Assembly (NCBI GenBank): GCA_965649825.1
Contig: OZ287697.1
Coordinates: forward strand, 2,156,351 to 2,220,350
DNA length: 64,000 nucleotides
Source of the DNA: Penicillus capitatus
Taxonomy: Eukaryota; Plantae; Chlorophyta
Direction: 5' to 3'
Shown: positions 1 to 10,791 of the stretch, one piece after another
How the letters are laid out: every line of letters starts with the position of its first letter
Numbering within the stretch: the first letter of the stretch is position 1
Made by a program: the position numbers and the translations under genes
The notes under the pieces: generated by a model
What the model was told of the DNA's origin: nothing
What the model saw: the letters and a program-made list of their open reading frames with translations, nothing else
Databases searched by the model: none

Positions 1-1529
1 CGAAAAAGACGATCTTTCCGTTCGACGTCTTCCGATACCACAGTCATGAGCAGTTCAAATTGCAGCTGTTCGATTTTTTGGTAAGTGGTGGAGAGGGTGG
101 ACACCAAGGAACGCATGATGTCCTCAGACATCGTCTCATCTTTGCATCCCTTCCACCAGACATTGGGCAACAGCTCCTTCAAATCATCCGTCGTTGGCTG
201 CTTTCGCACCAAACATCTCTCCAACAGTGCAAAAGCTCGATCGGAGGCGAAGAACACTTTTGCTACTACAGGGGAGCGCAGCAGGGCCACAAAGAGACTC
301 AGATAGGGATAGGAGGCAGTATAGGGCAGCTCTGAAGCGCGAAAGGGCATGACAGCACAGCTATCGGCGATGTGCGTCAAGAGGGTCTCTGTTAGAGCAC
401 AGAACTCTATGGGGCCCAATGCATTGGCCAGATGATCCATGAACAGACGCACGGCATGTGTGGACTCCATGCATTTGTCACCCAGCAGTCGTTTCAGACT
501 GGACACAATGCCTTGCTGAATATGAAATGGATTTCTCAAGAGGGGGCGCAAATGCTGAACAATCAAGGCTCCGATCAGGACCCCCTCATCAACGGTGAGC
601 TTTGAACTTCGAAAGACGGGAGACATTGCTGACATGGCATTGGTGGCAGCCATCGTCATTTCGATCAATCTTTCCAGACACTCTGTCAAATACTCCACCA
701 CAGATTGCTCCCCATTGGGCGGCGGCGTCTCGCACGGATGGTATCCGTCGATCGGGAAATAGAACGGCTGCGTTCCAAAGTTGAGTGTACAGCGCTCGTC
801 TTCTGAGAGACTGATGGCGGGAAAGTAGCCCAGCTCGGGTTTGAGGGTACGGATGTCGCGAAAGGCCGTTCCCATGGATTTGCCGTTACGATAGAACACG
901 AGCTCTCCGTCGTCGAAGTCGGCACAGCATCCAATCACATCACCTGGTGCCCACGCCTGTCCATAGTTTGCCGCTTCGACACTCCATTTCTTAATCCTCT
1001 TTCCATCAAAGGCATAGCTGTCTTCACCATCCCCCACACCCTCTTCGCGATTGAACAGACATGAAAGAGTGGCCCATCCGATTTGCTGAATGCCCCCTGT
1101 GCCCAAAACTGCCTCATACATCCAACGTCCCGCATAGAAGCAATGCGTGGCTCTGCAGCTGCTGAAGTTGCCTTTCGATTCGACGCAGAATCGATTTTCT
1201 TCGGATATGACGAGACGACCGAATCTGGAAGCAACGTCGAGTTCGACATGCTCTGGACCAAGACGGCCTTCAGGTGGCAGTGGGGTTTCTTGTGTCGCCA
1301 GCTGAGCCGTGCGTTGCTGAAGAGCCTCCTCGACAGCGCGATAAAGAATGCTGCCTCCTTCGACCAACACGTAGCTGCGGTCGACATTCAGGACGTGACG
1401 CAGGGCGCTGTTGAGTTCTTCGAGTTTGTCGCTGGCGGAAGACGTGGGACGCTCATGCGGATCATCCTGCCTCAGCAAAACGGCGAGGCCTTCGGACTTC
1501 TTTCCTTTTTCACTTGGTTTCAATCCCAT
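1..1529 (-). CDS. RKP: SPRY-domain E3 ubiquitin ligase RKP/KPC1 (RNF123) homolog, 5' part; runs off the window edge
   Basis: Uninterrupted minus-strand frame from ATG 1529 to base 1 (missing from the ORF track because it has no stop). It reads ...GRWMYEAVLGTGGIQQIGWAT...GVGDGEDSYAFDGKRIKKW...YGQAWAPGDVIGCCADFDDGELVFYRNGKSMGTAF...YFPAISLS, the RKP/KPC1 SPRY signature. Confidence 0.9.
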   Translation of the reverse strand, partial: MGLKPSEKGKKSEGLAVLLRQDDPHERPTSSASDKLEELNSALRHVLNVDRSYVLVEGGSILYRAVEEALQQRTAQLATQETPLPPEGRLGPEHVELDVASRFGRLVISEENRFCVESKGNFSSCRATHCFYAGRWMYEAVLGTGGIQQIGWATLSCLFNREEGVGDGEDSYAFDGKRIKKWSVEAANYGQAWAPGDVIGCCADFDDGELVFYRNGKSMGTAFRDIRTLKPELGYFPAISLSEDERCTLNFGTQPFYFPIDGYHPCETPPPNGEQSVVEYLTECLERLIEMTMAATNAMSAMSPVFRSSKLTVDEGVLIGALIVQHLRPLLRNPFHIQQGIVSSLKRLLGDKCMESTHAVRLFMDHLANALGPIEFCALTETLLTHIADSCAVMPFRASELPYTASYPYLSLFVALLRSPVVAKVFFASDRAFALLERCLVRKQPTTDDLKELLPNVWWKGCKDETMSEDIMRSLVSTLSTTYQKIEQLQFELLMTVVSEDVERKDRLF

Positions 1530-1607
1530 TCGAGTGACAGATGACAGACAGTGAGCCAAAGGGCACGCTGAGATGAAGTTTAGACGGTGCGCGCACCGGC
1601 AGTTCGA

Positions 1608-3098
1608 TCATGTACCGTCATCTTCAGAAGATTCTTCCATGTCTTCGCTGCTTGTTTCGCTCTTCTCTTGCGCAGAAGACCTCGGATCTGCAACACAATG
1701 GCGTCTCCTTATCCTTTATGAGTTGTCTAATGACCTGGATTGGTGTCAGAAGCGTCTTGATGGGACGGAAAGATCAAGGGCGCTTTGCCGATGTCTTCCA
1801 GGAAACGGTTCTCGGCCAAGAATCGAATGCACTGCAAGACATAGGACTTATCTCTCCTGATCCATATGATCCAATTCAGAAGATCACACATTGCACGATG
1901 ATCGATCGTACGAACCTGGTATCTCTGTACAGGAGCTTCTCCAGCAGAGACATCGGTTTTCGGGGAATGCCTTGTCGATTAAAGGATCCCTAAAGTAGGG
2001 ATGAATGTATAGATGATGTGTGATCGGGCAAGACGCAACTGGCTCAAGGATTCTTTTGTGCTGAGATGGATCCGTTTCCCATCTCTTGCGCTTTGCATCC
2101 CACCGATGGCGTCGTCCACAGTCCGGTCGATTTCCTCCATAGCGACGATAGAGGCCATCAGTCCCTGCAATGCTGCACGCGACCACACAAAATTGCGTTT
2201 CCTTCTGAAACATATATGGTATGTCCGACGGACCTGGACACGCCCAATTCCTGTTGCTTGGCAAGAATCTCTCGCAGTTCCTTGGCTCTCTCCGAGTTTG
2301 TTTGTTCGTTCTGCACCCACCAAATGAAAACGGCGATCAGAGGCATCACAGATGTCTACCGTGCTGGATGGAAGTTTTGAACGTGGGAAGTTCTTGCGTC
2401 TCTGCTCGATCCATCTGGAACAGACAGAGATCAACAAGATCTCGATCATGCAAGACATGAAGGGGGAGGCACTCTTTCACTTCCTGTCTTTCGGCCTCCG
2501 TCTGGGGTTCGCGCACAGTGACGTGACGCATCTGTTCCATCTCTTGTGCCCGGCGTTCCTGTTCAATCTCCTGTCGAGATCTGTAACGCCGCGACTGCCC
2601 ACGACCTCTTTGAAAATGTCTCCTTCCAGTTCCATGGGCTCTGGACAAACAAAACCCTTCACTTCTGTCATAGAAAACCCAAGAGGTTTACGTTCTGTAA
2701 GAAGGTGTTTCTTGTTTGACAGCCGTCTGCTGAGCAGTAAAGGCGAAGCCCTGCTGAAGGGGGGCATACATGGGAGCCTGTACATTCGGATCGAATCCAG
2801 GCGCCGCCGGCATCGCATAGTTCTGCAGAGGAATTGTCTGAACGGGCTGGAATCCCATGACTCCATAGTTCGGCGCTGTTAGCGGCATTCCGGACAGTCC
2901 TTGGACGCCGGTCCAGATCGCTCCGGTCGGATTCGGCGGAAGCGTCCAGCATGGAGGAAGCCACGCTGCGCTGCTCGTCTGGAGAGGGGCGGCCGACGCT
3001 CCCGATGAGCTCTGTGCGATTCCGGGAATAACCTGCTGGAGACCAGGATGGTAGGGCGGACGGTTCCCTACAGGCGGCGGTGGATCCGACGATGCCAT
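1608..3098 (-). CDS. NUFIP1: NUFIP1/Rsa1-like snoRNP assembly factor (spliced; Pro/Gln-rich N-terminus)
   Basis: Exons encode WIEQRRKNFP (NUFIP1/Rsa1 motif WxxERxKNxP), MSLLEKLLYRD and IRRDKSYVLQCIRFLAENRFL (plant NUFIP C-terminal motif). A final 47-nt intron leads to an acidic tail ending TGA at 1608. Internal boundaries are approximate. Confidence 0.7.
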
Positions 3099-3110
3099 CC
3101 TGTACGACTC

Positions 3111-3471
3111 ATGCAAGAGCGCCTTCTCGGCCGTTTCCTGCTCGTTGCATCGACAGGACTCTTCGCATACTATATCGTCTGGTTGCTGATTACGGTGAAC
3201 AGAACTGCAGATTCTCTCTCGTTACCAAAGCACAAGTGTGCAGCCGTTTGTAGAGGACGGACATTATCTTCTGTCTCTATTCCCCGATCGATTCTACGCT
3301 TTTCGAGTGCCGGTGTTCGTGGGCGTGGTATTTCTGTGCTTTGTGGCTGGAAACGTGGGACTGGTCCTCATCGGTGCGGCATTCAAGGGAGACCGTACAC
3401 CATCCAAGTGTCCCAACATTATCTCACTCTTTTTTAACTCAACGACGGCGTTTTCCAGAAAAGAAAACTAA
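3111..3471 (+). CDS. DPM2: Dolichol-phosphate mannosyltransferase regulatory subunit 2 (about 80 aa, two TM helices)
   Basis: MQERLLGRFLLVASTGLFAYYIVWLLIT, intron 3195-3243, then PFVEDGHYLLSLFPDRFYAFRVPVFVGVVFLCFVAGNVGLVLI. This matches the DPM2 pattern YYxxWxxxxPFV. Stop TAA at 3469-3471. Confidence 0.85.
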
Positions 3472-3477
3472 ACATCC

Positions 3478-5414
3478 ATGGTCGATGCTGCTTCCTATGC
3501 AGGGAACTGGCAGGAACAGATGGATGAGATCATTGCCTTACGTTCGATTTTGGGATCTGATTTCAGGTAACATCTCTCACTCTTTTGCAAGAGTGACATG
3601 AGATGACAGATTGTCGGAATGGGAAGGAGGGCCAAAACTGCAGGAAGACAGCGATTTTACAGAACTCCTCGACTGCAGTGTTCCAGCACAGCCCATCGAC
3701 GTGCACTGTCGAATCACCGTGCGAGTTGAGATGCCCTCAGACGGCATGACGCTCTCTCTCCTCTCGCCCAGCGGCAGTCAATCCAGTACTACAGAAACCG
3801 AAGAGCAGCTCTCTAAGGTCCAGTGTCCGCACGCGACATCTCCTCTGTACGAAGACTCATAGAGCTTAGGTCCTATATGTGCCGCCTCTGTGTCTGACGC
3901 TGGATCTTGTTCCTGGTTATCCATCGGATGCACCGCCCGGATTCCGTCTCTCTGCTTTTTGGCTTTCTCGACAGCAGCTCACGCAGCTGGCCAGGCAGTT
4001 GGATCAGATATGGCAAGAAGCATCTGGTTTTCCTGTGTGCTTCACGTGGATCGACTGGCTGCAGCGATCTCTGCTGTCGACGCTGCATATCGAAACGCAT
4101 TTTCTCATCGATGTGTCACCGCATTCGTGGCAAGAAAACAACGATCCGCGGATAGCGGTGTGTTCGGATGAGATCTCTCCACTGAAGATTATGCAAGACA
4201 TACTCCAACATGACATGATTCGATCGAACGAGGCGTTTCAGAAGAGTGCGTGGTCCTGTCCCGTCTGCATGGAAGAGCAGCCTGGAAAGAATTTTGTCCG
4301 TTTTCACACATGCCGGCATTTCTGCTGCCGCGAGTGTTTCCGGAAGTACTGCTCTGTCAATATCGAGCAAGGACGTGTCGAACTGCGATGCCCTGAGGTC
4401 AAATGCACCACCCCTGTGCCTCCAGAAGTTCTGAAGAAGCACTTGGAGAAGGTGATCTCTCATACAATGCAAGACAGGCAGGATGACGAAGGGTGGCTGG
4501 CACCAGGAAGAGTATGATCGTTGGGAGCAGCTCTTGCTTCAGCGAACGCTCGAAGCGATGTCCGACATCCAATACTGCCCCCGTTGCAGCACGGCATGCA
4601 TCGTGGAGAGCGATCACTTTGCCCAATGTCCAAAGTGCTACTACGCCTTCTGTACGGAATGTCTAGATGCGTGGCATCCCGGCGGGTGCACTCCACTGCT
4701 CAATAGACATCCATCGCATCGTTCTGTGTCACGCAGGGAATGCATTCGGTTGGAAAAGAAGCTGCTAGACGCTGTGGAGAAAGCTGAAGTGGGGGAGACA
4801 CCCAAGCAGGAGCGCCAACGCTATCTGCGGGATCTCAAGAATCAGGTCCTTACCATGCAGTATGTGAAGAAGAACACTCGGGAGTGTCCCAACTGTGGCA
4901 TGGGAATCGAAAAAGACGGAGGATGCAATCACATGTTCTGTACCTATTGCAATATGCATTACTGCTACGTCTGTGGATGCATGAACATCACTTACGATCA
5001 CTTCAGCGCACAAGGATGTGTGCTCTTCGATGAAAGTGTCATTTCTGAATGGGAACGGATGCAAGGGGGTCCACAACAACGACAGGTTTGATCAAAGATC
5101 CGTGCCTTGCTGCTTTGCGATGCGTGAATGCAGGCACAGGCAGAGAGGCGTCCCGAAGAGTGCGTTGTCCTGTATGGAGACCGTGGTTCCTGATGGTGTG
5201 TTGTAGGGGGCCAGACCCATACGACCCAGAGGAACAAGTCTGGGTGTACAAGAGATGCCCAGTTTGCAGCACGTTTCAGCCAAAGACAGATCGGAACAAT
5301 CTCATGCGCTGCTATGTCTGTTCCAATCGATTCTGTTTTCTCTGTCTGGCTGTCTTGCCAAAGAAGAATCCTCAAACACACTTTGGAACAGGACGCTGTC
5401 GCCAACACTCGTAA
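3478..5414 (+). CDS. RWD + RING1-IBR-RING2 (RBR) E3 ubiquitin ligase, RNF14/plant NHL8-like, with an extra C-terminal C6HC-type module
   Basis: Exon 1 QEQMDEIIALRSILGSDF (RWD start); RING1 CPVCMEE...CRHFCCRECF; IBR YCPRC...CPKCYYAFCTECLDAWHPG; RING2 CPNCGMGIEKDGGCNHMFCTYC; last exon CPVC...NNLMRCYVCSNRFCFLC...HFGTGRCRQHS*. Confidence 0.9.
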
Positions 5415-5486
5415 CACAGAACCTAAGGGGTAGAGCGGCTTTGTAGAAGATTCTGTTTCGGAAGTGAAGGGACAGGTCATCTATCG

Positions 5487-5491
5487 TGTAA
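5487..5491 (+). promoter_or_regulatory. Putative chlorophyte polyadenylation signal TGTAA
   Basis: TGTAA lies 72 nt after the RBR-ligase stop. Similar motifs occur at 21560-21564 (after the ankyrin gene) and 34449-34453 (after APC10). UGUAA is the known poly(A) signal of core chlorophytes. Confidence 0.4.
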
Positions 5492-5595
5492 AGGTGTGGA
5501 TGCATACGAGAACAGACGGTATCCATCGGTTTGCCCTTAACGCCACTTGGCAATGGGCCTCGAGGATATACAGAGTTTGTTTCTTCTAACGAGTC

Positions 5596-7821
5596 ATGGC
5601 TGCTCGGATGTGTCCTGTCTCATTTTTCTGTCTCCGATCATGCTGTCGTACAACAAGGGTGACGACGCAGCATGATGACATTGAGGTTGTGTCGGACGGG
5701 CACCGTCGTTCGTCGCCGTGTTGGCGATCTGTACACGCATCTGTTGCCATTCCTATCGTCATCGCCATGCCTCTCGCCTCAGCGACGACGGCATTGGAGC
5801 GATGAGAAGCGAAGGGAGAGAAGCTATGTGGAAGCTACACAAGCCCGGTGGACGCCTCCGCCGTTGGCGGATAACGAGGAAGTCGCACAGGAGACGCTGA
5901 CGTGTCCGGGATGCGGGATCCGGCTGCAGCGAACGCATCCAAACAGACCGGGGTAATTCCAACTGTACTGCAGCACCTAACATGAGATCTTCTCATCTTT
6001 CCTGCACCGTGCGTGCAGCTACTACCGAGTTCCCAAGACAGAAGCATCAGCTCCTGGCTATACCGTACCATACACTCATGGATGCCACCTCAGTTCTTAG
6101 AGCACGCAGCTTTCAGGAGACGGAAAAAGATTACTGGGGAGAAGAGATAGGGCCGAGGGTTGTGTCAGATCGAGTCTCTCCACAGAACGTCGCTATGTCG
6201 GATGTAATGTCCCTTAAGTCATGGCGTCTATCCAAAGCACATTGCTTGAATTCTGAGCAGGAATCGTCTTCGGAGGATGCGATGAGTGATGAATCTCAAG
6301 AGTACACTTTCGAGGAGGAATCGACACAAGAGGCGGCTGTCGTGTGCGAACGCTGCTTCTCTCTACGCCACTATGGGTTCTTCGGCATTCTGCCAGCTGC
6401 GCCGCATCTCAGCCTTCGCTTTCGCTAGGAGGTTGAAGAACATGGAGGCGGAGGCGCTGGTTCCTCAGTTCAGTGTGGAGAGGATTCTGAAGCCCAAGAT
6501 TGCAAAGACTAAAGGAAAGAAGGTGGTTATCGTCTGCGTTGTCGATGTCTTCGATTTCGACAGTTCTTTGCCTGTGGAAGAACTCAAGTGTGTTCAATCA
6601 TCACCTCATCTACCTCGACTGCACGTGCTATTGATGCAGATCCCTGTTCCCAGCATCCGCCAACCTTCCAGATTTTTTAAATTTTATTCTGGTCGGAAGC
6701 AAGGTGGATCTCATATCGAAGAAAATCTCCAAAAAGACGCTCGAGGTGCAATGCTAGAAGGTGTTAAGGTGATCGGCGAACGGATAGTGTTTAGATCTGG
6801 GTCAGGACCCGATTGAAAGAGGCAAAGCTGCCTTTTGCCAAGAGAGTGCATCTCATCAGCAGCCAGACAATGATGGGCGTAGAGAGGCTGATGATCGATC
6901 TGCGAAGAGAGATCGTGCGCAATACAGACTGTTACATTATCGGCATGCAAAATGCAGGAAAGAGCACCATGCTCAATTCGTTGAGGAGACTGGTTCAGAC
7001 AAACAAAGCCAAAAGTACTGCTGGCGGCGCCAGATGGGAGACAGAGTGGCGTTTTCGTAGATCCTGTCACGACAGCATCTCTCCCAGGAACGACGCTAGG
7101 GTTTGTTGACGTACCGGGCATTCCGGTGCCGAAGACCTGTCGAGTGTTTGATACGCCTGGGCTGCCACAGAATGGACAGATCACAGGGCGGTTGACGATG
7201 GAAGAGGTCTGTCACATCGTCGAGATCATCTACAGCTTCCCATCAGCTTCGTGTGTTCAGCTGAAGCTTGTCCAACCGAGAAAGACCGTGAAACCCCGTA
7301 CCTACAGATTTGGAGCACGCAGCAGTCTTCTGATCGGGGGACTAGTACGTCTGGATGTGATCGATCTGCAGGGTCGCACACTGTACATTACTGTCTGGAT
7401 GTCGGAGGAGCTTCTCTGTTTTCTGGGAAAGAGAGAAGAGATCGAGAGCACACTGGAGAAGCATCGGGGGTCATTACTGAGACCTCCAGTGCGCATGAGT
7501 CCACAACTGCAGAGTGCAGGACCACTCGTCCCACAGAGAGTCACTGTCACAGGCGACTCGTGGAAATCCTCCAGCACAGACGTGTGCATTGCAGGTGATC
7601 GCTGTTGCTGTGATGCCGCCCGTTCTGTTGACCTCTCTTGCTTTCTGACAGGATTGGGTTGGTTGTCTGTCGGTTGTGAAGGGGAGGCACAGTTTGATCT
7701 GTGGACACTGAAGGGTGTTCGGGTGACCACTCGGCCTGCATGGGTTAAAGATTACTCTACGGTTTTCCAGAGATCTGGATTCAGTGATACCGTCAAATCC
7801 CGCGGCGTTCGGAAGCGGTGA
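5596..7821 (+). CDS. BPG2: Circularly permuted YqeH/NOA1-family GTPase, plastid BPG2-like (spliced; start uncertain)
   Basis: Zn finger CPGCG...CERC.SLRHYG; VVDVFDFDSSLP; G1 GMQNAGKST; G3 DTPGL; C-terminal domain GGLVRLDV...WKSSSTDVCIAGLGWLSVG. Confidence 0.82.
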
Positions 7822-7869
7822 ACATTTTTGTGCCTATGATTTTATCCAATGCCGTTCCTGGGCCTTGTA

Positions 7870-9483
7870 CTAAGTCCACGGATAGAAATTAGGAAAGAGG
7901 AGCGTTCCGAGGAGTGCGTAAGCAAGGAAAACGAAAACCAGAATTCGGCGACGCTGTGAATGCCTGGACAGCTCAGCGGCATACCAGTAGAGTGCAGGAC
8001 AGGAAGATAAGAACCGTGTGATCACCTAGACGATCGCCTCGGATAAAGCATTGCCTGCACAAACGCACCTGAATGTGCATGAACAGGAGGGAAAAGACGC
8101 CCATGAACCCACATTGCCACACAAAGGGTATGGCCGCATACGCATAGAATCCGCGATCTAGGCACAGGACATAGCCACAGAATGCAACAGCCTGTCTGCC
8201 TTGCGTTTTTCGACGGTCAGATTCTGAAGGAACTGCCAGAGGGTGCGCGGCGGATCGTGCAGGATATGGGAGGCCCATCCATGCAAGGACAGGACGAGTA
8301 CAGGCAAGGCCAAGAGGAAATTGGGAAGCTGTCAGCAATGCTCAAAGATACAGAGAGTCCATCGCCTGAGTGCATTTGTCTGACCTGCTTCACTTCACAG
8401 TACTTAAGGAATCCCACACCCCAGTACTCTTTCTGTACAAATCCATAGAGGTACGGAATCGGGTCATTGCACCACGGTCGTGTCAGCAGCACGTCGTCCG
8501 CCGATTTGCAAAACTGAGAGTAGCCCATGTATTGCCAGGCAAGGAAGGGCATCACCGAGCACAGCACGGCCACGCAGCACTTGAAGCATTCCCACATCAT
8601 AGACGTTTGTTTTCTGCAGGCCATCAATCTACGCCATTGGTAATGGCCGAGGTATCCGACGTGGAGTATGCCTGTGCACAAACGAACATTTCTCTTCCGC
8701 TGATCGTTGGGCGAAATCACACCATTGGATCGTATGAGAGTGGAGGTAGCGAAGAAAAGTGTCCCCGTCCAGAGTTGCCTCTTGACATAAAGCGCATACA
8801 GACCCAGCAATGTGAAAAGGGCGAAGCTGCTTTCGGTGTACACCATCGATAAGAAGATGGAACTTGCAGGAATGCAATAGAAGACCGTTGCCATGTCCAC
8901 AAGATACGGATCCTCGACGATCTTGTCTGTCAAACTGTCCGCCGGATAATGACGCGATCTTTCTCGACTGCGGTCTAAACGTACCATGAGAACACATATG
9001 CCGAAGCGACATAGGCAGCATTGTTGAACAGAAGACCGGCCAAAACGAAACGATCTGTGGATATTGGCTCTTGATCACATCCCATCCCTACACAGCGACT
9101 TCAGGGGAAGTGTCGATGAGAGAGATTGGACAAGCGAAAAGGGCGGCGATCCATTGCATGATTTCTGGAATTGCCACATAAGATTTCTCCGTTGATCGGC
9201 GGTGATGGAGCTGACTTGGCAGTAGCGGGAAGAAGGCATGATACTGTTCATACTCATAACCACACTGTGCAATCCGAACAAAGAAGACGGTGTCCCAGAC
9301 GGCTAGGCTGCTCAAGACAGAGGCATCCTCTTCTCGAAGAGTGATGTCACACTCTTTTCGAGGCAATAACGACGTCGAGGTATCGTAATCGTCGAAAACG
9401 TAGTCGAATAGAAGCGTCAAACCAACATTCGCTATCCGAACAGCCGCGGCTAACAATACAACGCGTATCCGGCGACCAAACAT
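7870..9483 (-). CDS. PIGV: GPI mannosyltransferase 2
   Basis: DDYDTS...LAVWDTVFFVRIAQCGYEYEQYHAFFPLLP; PASSIFLSMVYTESSFA; RSNG; YLYGFVQKEYWGVGFLKY; FMHIQVITRFLSSCPALYW...NFYPWT*. An alternative in-frame ATG lies at 9516. Confidence 0.9.
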
Positions 9484-9523
9484 TATCTCTTGTGTCGCTG
9501 ACCGAGGATCGCACATTCGGCAA

Positions 9524-10791
9524 ATGGACACTGAACGCAAGAGGGTTACTTCAAGAGGAGAAAAATGCAGTCCAGTGGTGGTGCCAGATGCTATTCAGCG
9601 GTTGAAGGCGACATTCCGCAATGTTGGCACAGCAGCCGCGAAGAAAAAGGGAGTGTCCGTGTCGCTTCATCCAACAGATATCGTTATTGCAGCGCCGCGT
9701 AAAAATGGGAACACGTGGACGAAACAGGTCCCTCTATTCGCAGCCAACACACCATATATATTAGAGACCATTCTTCCAGATTGCGCACGGATTGCGTTCG
9801 AATGGGGATATGGATTTCGAAGAGATATCCATGGTGATACCCGAACTCGAGTTTGCAGCAGACTACGGTTATGGAGATATCGCCAAACGACAGATGTATC
9901 AACCTCAGCTATATCACACACACCTAACTTACCACGATGTCCCAAAAGGCGGAAAGTACATTGTCATCATCAGGTAAGACCTCATCTGATGCAATGTCTG
10001 TGTTCACTGTGTGCTGACGGCTTTAGAGATCCATACGATTCAGCCTTGTCCTTGTATCACTACTGGGAGAACTGGCTGTTCGTTTCGGGCGAACTGAACC
10101 TGGATGACTTCGTAAAGTACTTCTGGTTGGGTCAGGAAGATGATACGCGTATCCCATGTCAGATGCAACACACACGTGAGTGACTTCCTGATCCCTTTCG
10201 ACGAGATCGAGAATGAAATGCCTGTGCGGTTGCTAGTGGATTGGTATCCCCTTCGTCGATGTCCAAATGTGTTGTGGCTGCACTTTGAAGACTTGAAAAC
10301 GGATCTGCGTCAATGTGTGAAGCTCATTGCCAGTTTCATGGGAATCGATCCACACGATGAGGCTCGGATTGATTGTGCCATGCGACAGGTCTGCTAATCC
10401 GTACCATCTTTGTCACACGAACCCTTCGTGTGGTGGACAGGCTGACATTACGTTCATGAAGAAACACAAGACGAAGTTTGATAGTCATCTCATTAAAGGA
10501 GCGTACAATTTGGCGATGGGTCTCGATAAAGAGGCAGGAGGTGCCAATGCCAAAGTGAGAAATGGTCTTATCGGTCAAGGAAGGCGATCTCTCGGGAAGT
10601 CAGCGATCGAGTTGATAGACAAGAGATGGAAAGAGACAATTGAGAAAGAACTCGGTTTTACAAACTATGCAGAGATGAGAGCATCGATTAACAAAGAACT
10701 CGCTCGTCCATTCTCAGATCTCTTGCCGAGGTACGATGCTGCCATCTCTGTTCCGGTCAACGTCTTTCCTTGTCTGTCTAGTGAACTCTGA
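9524..10791 (+). CDS. Sulfotransferase family 1 (PAPS-dependent), paralog A
   Basis: Exons: APRKNGNTWTKQ / IAHGLRSNGDMDFEEISMVIPELE...YHTHL...YIVIIR / DPYDSALSLYHY...VLWLHFEDLKTDLRQCVKLIASFM / FMKKHKTKFDSH...KVRNG. Confidence 0.85.

Noticed and set aside
60-1544. Plus-strand and short minus-strand ORFs listed in the track
   Set aside because: They are shadows of the RKP reading frame, which the track omits because it has no stop in the window.
3469-3480. Non-canonical code (TAA/TAG = Gln, as in some ulvophytes) making DPM2-RBR one fusion ORF
   Set aside because: TAA and TAG end conserved genes at their expected C-termini (RBR ligase, HOP, TypA, PIG-V, APC10), and long conserved exons contain no in-frame TAA or TAG.
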